From Octopus sinensis (taxonomy: Eukaryota): a stretch of DNA of 64,000 bases. This document shows positions 25,185-37,860 of the stretch, piece after piece. The notes under the pieces are model-generated. The model ran no database searches, was not told the origin of the DNA, and worked only from the letters and a program-made list of their open reading frames with translations. Within the stretch, counting starts at the first letter, position 1; each line of letters begins with the position of its first letter. The stretch spans positions 21,576,001 to 21,640,000 of the forward strand of contig NC_043013.1 in the NCBI RefSeq assembly GCF_006345805.1, in the 5' to 3' direction. The translations under genes and the position numbers were made by a program.

Positions 25185-25367
25185 GTAAGTCGACGCAGAA
25201 CAAATATCTCAAGAATCCTCTATTGTAAAGTAGTGCTTTTTTAGTGTTACACACCCACGCAGTTCTGATAAGAGGGCGATTGATTCAACAAATTTCATTA
25301 GAGATAGAGTACTCCACATGATCTTTATAGATGGAAGCTTAATTTCTCGATCTTCTATTCTCAGCTC

Positions 25368-25433
<66 letters not shown>

Positions 25434-25435
<2 letters not shown>

Positions 25436-25814
25436 AGGCGCAATGGCCCAGTGGTTAGGGCAGCGGACTCGCGGTCGTAGGATCGTGGTTTCGATTCCCA
25501 GACCGGGCGTTGTGAGTGTTTATTGAGCGAAAACCCCTAAAGCTCCACGAGTCTCCGGCAGGGGATGGTGGTGATCCCTGCTGTACTCTTTCACCACAAC
25601 TTTCTCTCACACTTACTTCCTGTTTCTGTTGTACTCGTATTTCAAAGGGCCGGCCTTGTCACTCTCTGTGTCACGCTGAATATCCCTGAGAACTACGTTA
25701 AGGGTACACATGTCTCTGGAGTGCTCAGCCACTTACACGTTAATTTCACGAGCAGGCTGTTCCGTTGATCGGATCAACCGGAACCCTCGTCGTCGTAACC
25801 GACGGAGTGCTTCC
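25434..25814 (+). mobile_element. SINE family C inside an (AGT)n tract
   Basis: Near-identical to 17082-17468; (AGT)n on both sides. Confidence 0.92.
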
Positions 25815-25993
25815 GGTAGTAGTAGTAGTAGTAGTAGTAGTAGTCTAATAAATGCAGTGGTAGTGGTGGTGGTGGTGGTAGTAGTAGTAGTAGTAGTTGT
25901 CTAATAAATGCAGTGGTGGTGGTGGTGGTGGTAGTGGTGGTGGTAGTGGTGGTGGTGGTGGTGGTGTGGTGGTGTGGTGGTGTGGTGGTGGTG

Positions 25994-26038
<45 letters not shown>

Positions 26039-26124
26039 CAATAAACGCAGAGTGCCGGACGAATATCAAACCTCTAGAACTGAATATAGATTTTGAGAAA
26101 TTAGTGTAATTATTTCTCTCGTAG

Positions 26125-26148
26125 TTTCACGCCGAAAGCAATCTTCAG
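26125..26148 (+). other. Candidate 24-nt microexon
   Basis: TTATTTCTCTCGTAG acceptor and CAG/GTAAAG donor; length is a multiple of 3. Confidence 0.22.
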
Positions 26149-26439
26149 GTAAAGTGGTTACGACGGGAGTGCCGGACGAATATTACCTGGCGTCTTTGTC
26201 GTAACGAACACCTGTTCGTACCATTTGGTTTTCTTCTGATATTCGGACTGTAATTCTTGCAGCTATATTTGTTTTCATGTATTTTTATATGAATGTTTTT
26301 TCTGGTGACTTGTTTGTTTATCACATCCAGGTATTAGGAAATTCTGCTAAGCAGAGTTCTTATCTCGTCTGACGCCTTTAGCATAAGTTTTACACGTTAA
26401 CTAGCAGGACATTCTATTTCAATTATGATATTCTGCAGA

Positions 26440-27250
26440 AAGAAAATCAGATCTGTACAGCAGCACACATAAACCGGGATAAATCAGTAGGTTTGCAACT
26501 AGGCTCTTGGATAGGTAAGTCCATGTTGACTAGTGACGCTTTCTGTCGCTGAACGGAGGGTCTGGTGAAAGTGTTCGGAATCTGGCTCAAGCCAAGTCTC
26601 CTTGTAAATAGGAACTGGGAAGAGCTCATGGTCAAGGTGGCCAAGCTCACCCAGGACTGGGCAGAAGGGAAGCTGTCTCTGAAAGGCCGGGTGGAAGAAG
26701 TGAGTGCATACATAACCGTCGTACTTTGTCTTCAAGAAAATAGATCGGAACGCTTGCTTTTTCGATTCTTAAGGAAGGGTCAAGTTCCGCTTGTCAGAAA
26801 ATCCATCTGCTGTCAACACCGACTCTGTGGTGGTCTTGGGATGCCATCCTTGACGATAGTGTAAACAACGGCGACGAAAATAAGGGTGAGCTGGTGTTGG
26901 CATTACCTGTTCGAGACAAGCTCTACAGGCATGGAAGTGCCAACAGCTAAACTTTCCCGAGATGTATGCAGGGGGACGAAACTGTTCTGCATGCAGTCGT
27001 TCAGAGCCCGTGTCTTACAGACTTGTGGGCTTGTGTTGAGCAGCTGCTGCCTTTTGTAAGGCGAATCCAGCTGTCCACCGAGTGTATAGTGAAGATCGAT
27101 GCACCACCTTCTTTTAACAGAGAAGGAAGGCAGATCTTTTTCTGCTTAGTGGTTGTGGAAAATGAGGCTGTGTGGTGGACTCGTCTGAAAGATTTGAAGA
27201 CAGATACTTCCCTATTTAGCCAAGCTCTCATCAATTTTCTTCATCTACCA
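26440..27250 (+). pseudogene. Tx1/L1-clade LINE remnant, RT C-terminal region
   Basis: HINRDKSVGLQLGSW...VKVFGIWL...NWEE...LSLKGR...LLFRFL...ICCQHRLCGGLGMPSL. Confidence 0.8.
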
Positions 27251-27734
27251 TGAAGGGATGGAAGATAAAATTGACCAAGGTAGAATTTCAATTCAGAACG
27301 TAAAGAAGGCGTACTAACGATTCTGCAAGTTCGCTGCCTCAAGACATATAATATATTACTACATAAATACTACATGTAGACGGATGCTAAAAAAACAAAA
27401 GAAAAAAAAAACAGAAAAGAAAAAGAAACGAAGCACGCGGCTTTTTATCAAAATTTTTGTGGAGAGAAAACTAGGAAAAAACTGGACCGGTTTCAGTCTA
27501 TGTTGTAGGCTATAGTCACTACCCGAGTTCCCTCTTAACTATACAAAAAGATATTGTATAAAAGCAAGTTATTTCATTTGTTTGTAAATACGATGTTGTT
27601 TATACGCTTATTCTTCAATATTACATAGTGTCAATACAACACTCTGTAAAGCACCAGGTAATATATGTTCTTTGTAATATCACAAACATGTTCATGGCTT
27701 TTTGTAACCGACCAGGTCAATATTTATATATTGG

Positions 27735-27842
27735 CCTGATCGCTTAGCCAGCGGGGTGGTGTCATTCGAAGGCTAAAACAATGCGAACGCATTGTGACCA
27801 ACGACGTGTAACTACATCTGATGGACTGGTCGGTCACATGAT

Positions 27843-27850
<8 letters not shown>
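27735..27850 (+). mobile_element. Solo SINE tail module Y
   Basis: Matches 41190-41310 and ends in (TA)n. Confidence 0.75.
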
Positions 27851-27884
<34 letters not shown>

Positions 27885-28552
27885 GAGACGTTGAGAGGAA
27901 GGCAGTGGATTGGGGGACGCTATGAATTTATCATAATATTATTATAGTATGATATACAAATTATATAATATTATATTAAATATCAAATGATTCATAGTAT
28001 ATATAGATGAGTAAAATATAAAATTTATGTATAAAAATAGGGCTGGGTACTGAGGGTATTATGTGGTCATGTGGGGGATGGCGGTGACCCCAAAAGTTTG
28101 AGAACTTCTGCACTATAATATTGTCCTTTGTAACTCTCCACCACTTTACTGAAATTTTAACGTTTGACCTCTAGCCCCCCGATGTAATACTGAGATATCT
28201 CTTTCATTACCTTTATTTTTATTTTATTTTTATTCTGATTTTTTTTTTACTCATTAACCCCTATTTTATTTTTTATTCCCTTCCCTTCCCTCTCCCATAT
28301 ATACCCACTCACAAGCCCATTTATGATATCAATCATTACCTTTACTTTTATTTTTTTTGTTTTTACCCTTTTAGCCCTATCTTATTTTAATTCCTTCCCC
28401 TCCCTCCTCTCTCTCTCTTTCTCTCCCTCTCTCTTTCTCCCCCCTCTCTCTCTCTCATATGTACCCACTCACAAAACCCATTTACTTTTATCTTACTTTC
28501 TCGCTCTATATACTCTTTTACAATAGGAATAAATCATTCAAAATAATGCCAA

Positions 28553-28727
28553 AATACCTATTTCTTTACTACCCACAAGGGGTTAGACATAGAGAGGACA
28601 AACAAGGACAGACAAACGGATTAAGTCGATTACATCGACCTCAGTGCGTAACTGGTACTTAAGTTATCGACCATGAAAGGATGAAAGGTAAAGTCGACCT
28701 CGGCGGAATTTGAACTCAGAACGTATG
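28553..28727 (-). mobile_element. SINE family A body unit without head
   Basis: Matches the 184-bp array unit, including the AAATACCTATTTC junction. Confidence 0.85.
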
Positions 28728-28923
28728 GATTTATCTGTGATTTTAACCGACCAACATCCATATCTTCTGGAGAAAAGATGAGTTGTAAAGATTATTCTCC
28801 TGCTTATGTACATTATTCTCCTGCTTATCTATTATGTACATTGTGGTGTATATTGTGTATGCAGGGTGTATATGCTATATACACATTATATTGCGTATAT
28901 ATTGTATTCATATTGTATATATA

Positions 28924-29056
<133 letters not shown>

Positions 29057-29546
29057 ATATATATATACATAATTATATATATATACATATATATAATGTG
29101 TATCTGTTTATGTTGTTTAGTCGCCAGGGTAACTGTAAAGTTGAGGGGGAAACATTTACACTTTATATATAAAGTATATTACGTCGTTTGTTGTTGTATG
29201 TTGTTGTTGTTGTTGTGGTGGTGGTGGTGGTGGTGGTGGTGGTGGTGGTGGTGGTAGTGGTGGTGGTGGAGCTGGCGGCGGCGGAGATGGTATGATAGTG
29301 TCGATGGTCGTCGTCGCCGCCGCCGCCGCCGTCAATGAGTTGACGTCACGAACATTGATAATCATTATTTTCCAGTTTTTTTTTTGTTTTTCTTGAGACT
29401 GAGATTCATTCAGGAAGTTGTTATCCACAATGAAGATTGTTATTAAGGAGTTTCAAAGTGTGTGTGTAGGGGGTGGGGGTGGGGTGTGAGGGAGTGAGAT
29501 AAAAGAGGGAGGGAAAGAGAGAGCTGAAAGAGAAAGTGAAAGTTGC

Positions 29547-29583
<37 letters not shown>

Positions 29584-30140
29584 GGAAGAGACAGAGATTA
29601 AAAAGACCGAGCAATAAAGAATTCATACGAGGGAGTGAGAGGGTGAATGAGTGAGTGAATTTAGAGAGTTAGAGATGGAATGAGCGAGGGGGAGAGGAGA
29701 GCGATGGGGGAGGAGAGCGAGGGGGAGGAGAGCAAGAAAAGCGCCAAAGAAAAGAAGGACAATAGAGCGAATGACTACGGCTAATGAGGAAGAGGAACGA
29801 ACAGGTGCATAGATTCACTTTAAAGAAATGTCTCGGTCGTTAATGAGAGAGCGAGAGAGCCAAGAAGAAAGCGGAGGAACATGGCTGACAACAGCAGCCG
29901 TCTTCACAGTCGGCTGGCTTGATCAACTTTGCCTCAGATATATGGTCTCTACATTATTTATAAGCAGTAGGCCGTCGGCTCGTTCTTCATGCACGGCTCC
30001 TGCCGAGACAGTCCCTATTTCAGATGTGAGCATTTGTTTTTACCTATGTGAGAGAACACAGTTGTGGCTTCAGCTGTCCATTCTACCACTTAATGGGTTC
30101 CTGCCCTCATTGGCTGTAATTGGGTTTTGATACATAAACA

Positions 30141-30171
<31 letters not shown>

Positions 30172-30283
30172 CCATATACACATACACACAAACGTCTGTG
30201 TGTGTATGTGTGTGTGTGTGTGTGTGTGTATGTGTGTGTATGTGTGTGTGTGTGTATGTGTGAGTGTGTGTGTGTGTATGTGT

Positions 30284-30325
<42 letters not shown>

Positions 30326-30595
30326 ATGTGTGTGTGTGTGTGTGTGAAGGACGAGATGAAGAAAGAAAAATGCGTGCTATCTAAATGATATCTTTGATCC
30401 CGTTCTCATCAGAAAACATTCGACACAAACAAGATAATGCAGAACGGCCATTTACTAAGACATCGTCGTTATTATATGCTTTTAATTGTTGATGATATAA
30501 CTGTTTTATATCTGTTTTATTCCTTTTGAAATATTTGGTTTCTTTATTAACGAGCATAAATTACTCCCATTTCATTGATATATATTTCTTTACTG

Positions 30596-31152
30596 TGGAG
30601 GCGCAATGGCCCAGTGGTTAGGGCAGCGGACTCGCGATCGGAGGATCGCGGTTTCGATTCCCAGACCGGGCATTGTGAGTGTTTATTGAGCGAAAACACC
30701 CAAAACTCCACGAGGCTCCGGCAGGGGGTGGTGGTGAACCCTGCTGTACTCTTTCACTACAACTTTCTCTCGCTCTTTCTTCCTGTTTCTCTTGTACCTG
30801 TATTTCAAAGGGCCAGCCTTGTCACATTCTGTGTGTCACGCTGAATCTTCTCGAGAACTACGTTAAGGGTACACGTGTCTGTGGAGTGCTCAGTTAATAT
30901 CACGAGCAAGCTGTTCCGTTGATCGTATCAGCTGGGACCCTCATCGTCGCAACCGACGGAGTGCTCCTCCTATTTCTTTACTGCACACAAGGGGCTAAAC
31001 ATAGAGGGGACAAACAAGGACAGACAAAGGGATTAAGTCGATTACATCGACCCCCCTCCCCCCCCCCAGTGCGAAACTGGCACTTTATTTAAATCGACCC
31101 CGAAAGGATGAAAGGCAAAGTCGACCTCGGCGGAATTTGAACTCAGAACGTT
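30596..31152. mobile_element. SINE C (+, 30596-30966) inserted in the tail of a SINE A unit (-, 30969-31152)
   Basis: 13-bp TSD TATTTCTTTACTG at 30583-30595 and 30971-30983. Confidence 0.85.
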
Positions 31153-31346
31153 GATATAGACTGGCTGGCTTATACTCACATCCTCTCTCTCTCTCTTTCT
31201 CTCCCTCTCTCTCTCACACTTTTTATTTCTCATTCCCGTCTCTTTCGTGTTCTCTCTCGTTTTCTCCCTCCCCTCTCCCTCTTTCTCTCCTCTCCCTCTT
31301 TTGCTCCCTCTTCCTTAGATTTCTCCATTCCTCTTTCTGTCCTTAG

Positions 31347-31416
<70 letters not shown>

Positions 31417-31489
31417 AGCATAATTCTGGTGTCAACACTTCAAACCAGTGTCTTCGTGTTCCAAGATTCTGCTGGTAGAATCATATGAT

Positions 31490-31685
31490 TTTTATTTATT
31501 TATTTTTTTACTTGTTTCAGTCATTACAACGCAGCCATGCTGTGGCACCGCCTTGAAGAATTTCTTTTTAGTCAGGTGTATCATCCCAGTACTTAAGTTT
31601 TTAAAACCTGGTACTTATTCTATCGGATACTATTGCTGAACCGCTAAGTTACGGGGACGTAAACACACCAACACCGGTTGTCAAG
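31490..31685 (-). mobile_element. SINE family B 3' part
   Basis: Reverse complement of the family B tail. Confidence 0.75.
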
Positions 31686-31699
31686 AACACACACACACA

Positions 31700-31839
31700 T
31701 CTAATATAATAAATGCGAAAACTAATTTCTGTGTGTCACACTTAAACCCCCTCTCTTTCACTATTCAATGACACTCCTACTACTCCTCATGATGGGGTGA
31801 GAGTAATAGTAGGCATAAAGACGGCGAGGGCGTTGGCGA

Positions 31840-31886
<47 letters not shown>

Positions 31887-32185
31887 AATTTAAGGAGAGT
31901 TGACAATGTTTAATAAAAGTAGTAATGTTGATGGTGGCAGTGGGAGTAATAAGAGAGAGAGAGGGAAAGAGTGGACATGGGAGAGAAAGAGGGAGATGAT
32001 GTACAACTTTGTTTAACTGTCTCTTTGACAGAAATTCCTGTCGTCAACATACTGAACACTCATTTTTTACCTTCTTTAATACACACGCACACATAAAATA
32101 CATTTTAACTGAAATAAAGTTTTCCCAAATTAAACATATCTAATATAATAAACGTGAATGTCACTGTCACACTTTTTCAACTTTA
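31700..32185 (+). mobile_element. Two Helitron-like 5' ends (31700 and 32139)
   Basis: Each starts with A then TCTAATATAATAAA, and both resemble the start of the Helitron at 34415. Confidence 0.55.
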
Positions 32186-32199
32186 ATAAATATTTTCTA

Positions 32200-34406
32200 C
32201 TGGAAGCATAAGGCCTCAAATTCTGGGGGAAGGCGTTAAGTCGATTACATCAACACCAGTACATATCTGGTACTAATTTTATCGAGCCCGAAAGGATGAA
32301 AGGCAAAGTCGACCTCGGCGGAATTTGAACTCGGAACGGAACGGCAGACGAAATACCTATTTCTTTACTACTCACAAGGGGCTAAACACAGAGAGGACAA
32401 ACAAGGACAGACAAACGGATTAAGTCGATTACATCAACACCAGTGCGTAACTGGTACTTAATTATCGACACGAAAGGATGAAAGGCAAGTCGACCTCGCG
32501 GAATTTGAACTCAGAACGTAACGCAACACGAAATACCTATTTCTTTACTACCCACAAGGGGCTAAACACAGAGGGACAAACAAGGACAGACAAACGGATT
32601 AAGTCGATTACATCAACACCAGTGCGTAACTGGACTTAATTTATCGACACCGACGAGGATGAAAGGCAAAGTCGACCTCGGCGGAATTTGAACTCAGAAC
32701 GTAACGGCAAACGAATACCTATTTCTTTACTACCCACAAGGGGCTAAACACAGAGAGGACAAACAAGGACAGACAAACGGATTAAGTCGATTACATCAAC
32801 ACCAGTGCGTAACTGGTACTTAATTTATCGACACCGAAAGGATGAAAGGCAAAGTCGACCTCGGCGGAATTTGAACTCAGAACGGAACGGCAGACGAAAT
32901 ACCTATTTCTTTACTACTCACAAGGGGCTAAACACAGAGAGGACAAACAAGGACAGACAAACGGATTAAGTCGATTACATCAACACCAGTGCGTAACTGG
33001 TACTTAATTTATCGACACCGAAAGGATGAAAGGCAAAGTCGACCTCGGCGGAATTTGAACTCGGAACGGAACGGCAGACGAAATACCTATTTCTTTACTA
33101 CCCACAAGGGGCTAAACACAGAGAGGACAACAAGACAACAAATGGATTAATCGATTACATCAACCCCAGTGCATAACTGGTACTTAATTTATCGACACCG
33201 AAAGGATGAAAGGCAAAGTCGACCTCGGCGGAATTTGAACTCAGAACGTAACGGCAAACGAAATACCTATTTCTTTACTACCCACAAGGGGCTAAACACA
33301 GAGAGGACAAACAAGGACAGACAAATGGATTAAGTCGATTACATCAACCCCAGTGCGTAACTGGTACTTAATTTATCGACCCCGAAACGATGAAAGGTGA
33401 AGTCGACCTCGGCGGAATTTGAACTCAGAACGTAACGGCAAACGAAATACCTATTTCTTTACTACTCACAAGGGGCTAAACACAGAGAGGACAAACAAGG
33501 ACAGACAAACGGATTAAGTCGATTACATCAACACCAGTGCGTAACTGGTACTTAATTTATCGACACCGAAAGGATGAAAGGCAAAGTCGACCTCGGCGGA
33601 ATTTGAACTCAGAACGTAACGGCAAACGAAATACCTATTTCTTTACTACCCACAAGGGGCTAAACACAGAGAGGACAAACAAGGACAGACAAACGGATTA
33701 AGTCGATTACATCAACACCAGTGCGTAACTGGTACTTAATTTATCGACACCGAAAGGATGAAAGGCAAAGTCGACCTCGGCGGAATTTGAACTCAGAACG
33801 TAACGGCAGACGAAATACCTATTTCTTTACTACCCACAGAGAGGACAAACAAGGACAGACAAACGGATTAAGACGATTACATCGACACCAGTGCGTAACT
33901 GGTACTTAATTTATCGACACCGAAAGGATGAAAGGCAAAGTCGACCTCGGCGGAATTTGAACTCAGAACGTAACGGCAAACGAAATACCTATTTCTTTAC
34001 TACCCACAAGGGGCTAAACACAGAGAGGACAAACAAGGACAGACAAACGGATTAAGTCGATTACATCGACCCCAGTGCGAAACTGGTACTTAATTTATCG
34101 ACACCGAAAGGATGAAAGGCAAAGTCGACCTCGGCGGAATTTGAACTCAGAACGTAACGGCAAACGAAATACCTATTTCTTTACTACCCACAAGGGGCTA
34201 AACACAGAGAGGACAAACAAGGACAGACAAATGGATTAAGTCGATTACATCAACCCCAGTGCATAACTGGTACTTAATTTATCGACCCCGAAAGGATGAA
34301 AGGTGAAGTCGACCTCGGCGGAATTTGAACTCAGAACGTAACGGCAGACGAAATACCGCAAAGTATTTCGCCCGCGTGCTAACGATTCTGTCAGCTCGCC
34401 GTCTTA
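32200..34406 (-). repeat. Tandem array of SINE family A: one head, 11 units of about 184 bp, terminal tail
   Basis: Junction GAAATACCTATTTC near 32356, 32536, 32718, 32902, 33086, 33266, 33450, 33634, 33818, 33988 and 34172. The A-box head occurs only at 34356-34406. Confidence 0.95.
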
Positions 34407-34414
34407 GTATAATA

Positions 34415-34812
34415 CAATAATATAATATAGTAAATGTGAAAGTCAGTGTGTCACATTTTTCAACTTTACTCCTAGAGGCCGTAGCCCAACATGTCGTGCC
34501 ATTTTGGAATCAGGCTTACTCCGTGAGTAAATTTTTAAAAAAACTCCGGGCCGAATCCGAACCCACAATCCTGAAATTTTGCATTCCCAAGTTTTCATTA
34601 CTGGGATTGTTTTCGGCGATTTTTTTACATGATTTTTTTTTTTTTTTGCGACGAATATGACCATCACTGGGATATGACTCTGGAGGAAGCAATTGCCACA
34701 AATTCTCCAAAACAAGTCAGAGACCTATTTGCAGAGTCTTCTCATTCGGAGTCAGTTGCTTAAAAGCTATATACTAGCTTAAAAGCCGTCCTATCGGGTG
34801 GCTTTGAAGCTA

Positions 34813-34813
<1 letters not shown>
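34415..34813 (+). mobile_element. Non-autonomous Helitron with a RepHel fragment
   Basis: 3' hairpin AAAGCCGTCC-TATC-GGGTGGCTTT (34782-34805), then CTAG followed by T. Internal HHWDMTLEEAIATNSPKQVRDLFA resembles the conserved region upstream of the Helitron helicase. Confidence 0.75.
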
Positions 34814-34856
<43 letters not shown>

Positions 34857-35071
34857 AGCAAACACTATATGAGAGAGGTTTTCTTTAAGTATTAGAAATA
34901 GTTTTATAAATGTTTTTTAGCTGCTATTCTAATGAGTTCAGTATGCGGCAAAGTAATTTATTTTACTAAGCCCTTTATATAATGTAATAATTTGAATTCG
35001 CCTTAAATGGTCCCTTTGCATACTGAACACTTGGTGAAATTGATTAATTAATTAATTTTACCTCAATGTTG

Positions 35072-35160
<89 letters not shown>

Positions 35161-35224
35161 TATATATATACATACATATATATATATACAACACACACAC
35201 ATACGCACGCATATATATATACAT

Positions 35225-35385
35225 ACACACGGCAGGCTTCTACCAAACCCACTCACAAGGCTTTTATCGGCTGGAGGTTATAGTTGAAGACTTGAAGACA
35301 CTTGCCCAAGGTGCTATACAGTGGGACTGAACCCGGAACCATGTGGTTGGGAACTGATCGTCTTACCACATAGCTACGCTTGCGC
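35225..35385 (-). mobile_element. SINE family B 5' part
   Basis: Reverse complement of the family B head. Confidence 0.75.
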
Positions 35386-35631
35386 TAACGCTCTTTTTTT
35401 TACCATAATGAAGCGGTGTCTCTTGAAGACACATTTAGTCAACGGTAAATATTTTGTTGCGTAAAAAGCGATTCAGTCCAGCAACTGTTCTGGCTGATTC
35501 ATGTATTTACGATTGTGTGTGGGTAGTGGTGGTGGCAGCGGAAACAATGTTTTGCTTATTTAGCTGAAGAAAGCCATTGTCTATAATGTTTGTGTACGAC
35601 CTCTTGAGAGGAGATAAAATCTTAACAATTA

Positions 35632-36901
35632 CAGGGGTTGGACAAAATAATGGAAACACCTAGCATCATAGCATCATAATTTTAAAATGTCTATAAAACC
35701 GTCAAAAGCTTGATCATTTTTGTTTTTGATTTATTATTAGTGTTGCTTAATATGTTTTTTGCTAAAATTGCTGTTTCTTTTAAGATATCATCAGAAAAAA
35801 GTAACTAAAATTCATTAAAATGACAGATCTATCGGACTTTCAAAGAGGTCAGATTGTTGGTGCTTGTATGGCAGGCGCTAGTGTAACGCAAACAGCCGAA
35901 ATGTTTGGTGTATCAAAAAGTACTGTCTCGAAAGTAATGACAGCCTTTGAGAAAGAGGGTAAAACCTCCTCGTCGAAACAAAACTCCGGAAGGAAACCAA
36001 AACTTTCAGATAAGGACCGTCAGACTCTTACGCGAATTGTTAGAAAGGATCTCAAAAGTACAGCTTCCAAAATTTCTAGAGCTTAGTGACCACCTCAAGA
36101 ACCCTGTTTCCACAAAAACTGTTCGCCAGGAGCTGCACAAAGCCAGATTTCACGGGAGGGCTGCAATCAGAAAACCACTACTTTCAAAAACAAACGTTGC
36201 AAAACATTTAGAGTGAGGTAAAAACCTACAGAATTGGTCCCTAGAGTAGTGGAAGAATGTTATTTTCTCGGACGAGTCATCTTTCAACCTTATTTCCGAC
36301 CACCGGCCGAGTATACGTGTGGAGACCATCAAAAGAAGCATTTGACTCAGACTACCTTCTTCCAACTGTTAAACATGAAGGAGGATCTGTGATGATCTGG
36401 GGGCTGTATCTTGGAAATCCGCCGGCCCGATGGTTTCCCTACATGGCTAAATTAATAGTGAAGACTATTTAAGCATTTTATCTGATCAAATTCATCCTAT
36501 GGTTGCGGAATTGTTTCTGGAGAAAAATGCAAACTTTCAAGGTAATAATGCACCAATTCACACAGCTAAAGTTGTTACTGAATGGTATGAGGAACATTCT
36601 AGTGAAGTTGAACATCTTATCTGGCCACCACAGTCCCCAGGTCTCAATATTATTGAACATTTATGGTGCATTTTAGAAAAACAAGTAAGGAGTCGATATC
36701 CACCACCATCATCACTACAAGAACTGGAGACTGTTTTAGCTGAAGACTGGACAAAAATTCTTTTGGAAGGAATTCAAACTTTGTACGAGTCCATACCTCG
36801 TAGAATTCAAGCTGTAATTACTGCCAAAGGCGGTCCTACCCCATGTTAAAATAATGGTTTTTGAAATTTTAAGGTGTTTCCATTATTTTGTCCAACCACT
36901 G
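35632..36901 (+). mobile_element. Full-length Tc1 element (1270 bp)
   Basis: 30-bp TIRs CAG(G/T)GGTTGGACAAAATAATGGAAACACCT with 1 mismatch; TA TSD at 35630-35631 and 36902-36903. Confidence 0.97.
35820..36849 (+). pseudogene. Tc1 DD34E transposase pseudogene
   Basis: Paired-like HTH N-terminus; FSDES; FQGNNA (second D lost); WPPQSPGLNIIEHLW; several frameshifts and stops. Confidence 0.95.
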
Positions 36902-36958
36902 TAGATTCTACCAGGAAGTAGCATACCGGCAGCGCCATAGCTACTACTGATAATCGCG

Positions 36959-36993
<35 letters not shown>

Positions 36994-37094
36994 GCTCTCC
37001 CTCTCTCTCTTCTTTTCCTCGTTTGTACTGTACTTCATTCTCTCATCCTACTCTTAATTCTTACTTAGGTCGTTCATTACAACTCATAGCTATA

Positions 37095-37290
37095 AGGCGG
37101 TGAGTTTTTGGTAGAATCGTTAGCAGCATTTCGTCCGTCTTTACGTTCTGCGTTCAAATTCCGCCGAAGTCGATTCTACCTTTCATCTTTTCGGGGTCGA
37201 TAAAATAAGTACCAGCTGAATACTGGGGTCAATGTAATCGATTTACCCATCAAATTTCAGGCGCTGTGCCCATAGAAGAAAGGGTTATTA
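37095..37290 (+). mobile_element. SINE family A monomer
   Basis: Family A consensus match with a deletion in the head. Confidence 0.8.
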
Positions 37291-37364
37291 CTCACAGCTA
37301 TGACCCATTGAATTTTAACCCTACTTAAGTTCTCCATTCAGATAAACTGAAGATCTCAACAGAC

Positions 37365-37524
37365 GTAGGAGTGGCTGTGTAGTAAGTAGCTTGCTTACGA
37401 ACCACATGGTTCCAGGTTCAGTCCCATTGCGTAGCACCTTGGGCAAGTGTCTTCTACTATAGCCTCGGGCCGACCAAAGCCTTGTGAGTGGATTTGGTAG
37501 ACGGAAACTGAAAGAAGCCCGTCG

Positions 37525-37602
<78 letters not shown>

Positions 37603-37616
37603 CGCGCGCGCGTGCG

Positions 37617-37664
<48 letters not shown>

Positions 37665-37860
37665 GTGTGTCTGTGTTTGTCCACCCCCAACACCGCTTGA
37701 CAACCGACGCTGGTGTATTTACGTCCCCCGTAACTTAGAGGTTCGGCAAAAGAGACCGATAGAATAATTACTAGGCTTACAAGGAATAAGTTCTGGGGTT
37801 GCTTTGCTCGACTAAAGGCGCTGCTCCAGCATGGCCACAGAGTAAAAAAAGAGTAAAGAG
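37365..37860 (+). mobile_element. SINE family B, full length, expanded internal microsatellite
   Basis: Head AGTGGCTGTGT(G/A)GTAAG...GGTTCAGTCCC; CORE-like CCTTGGGCAAGT; internal (TA)n(TG)n; GAGTAAA tail. Confidence 0.9.

Noticed and set aside
28085-28112. AAAAGTTTGAGAACTTCTG, like a hAT MITE right end
   Set aside because: No matching left end or TSD found.
32356-34356. Ribozyme within the SINE A unit (retrozyme model)
   Set aside because: The unit has small hairpins but no CTGANGA/GAAA hammerhead core on either strand.
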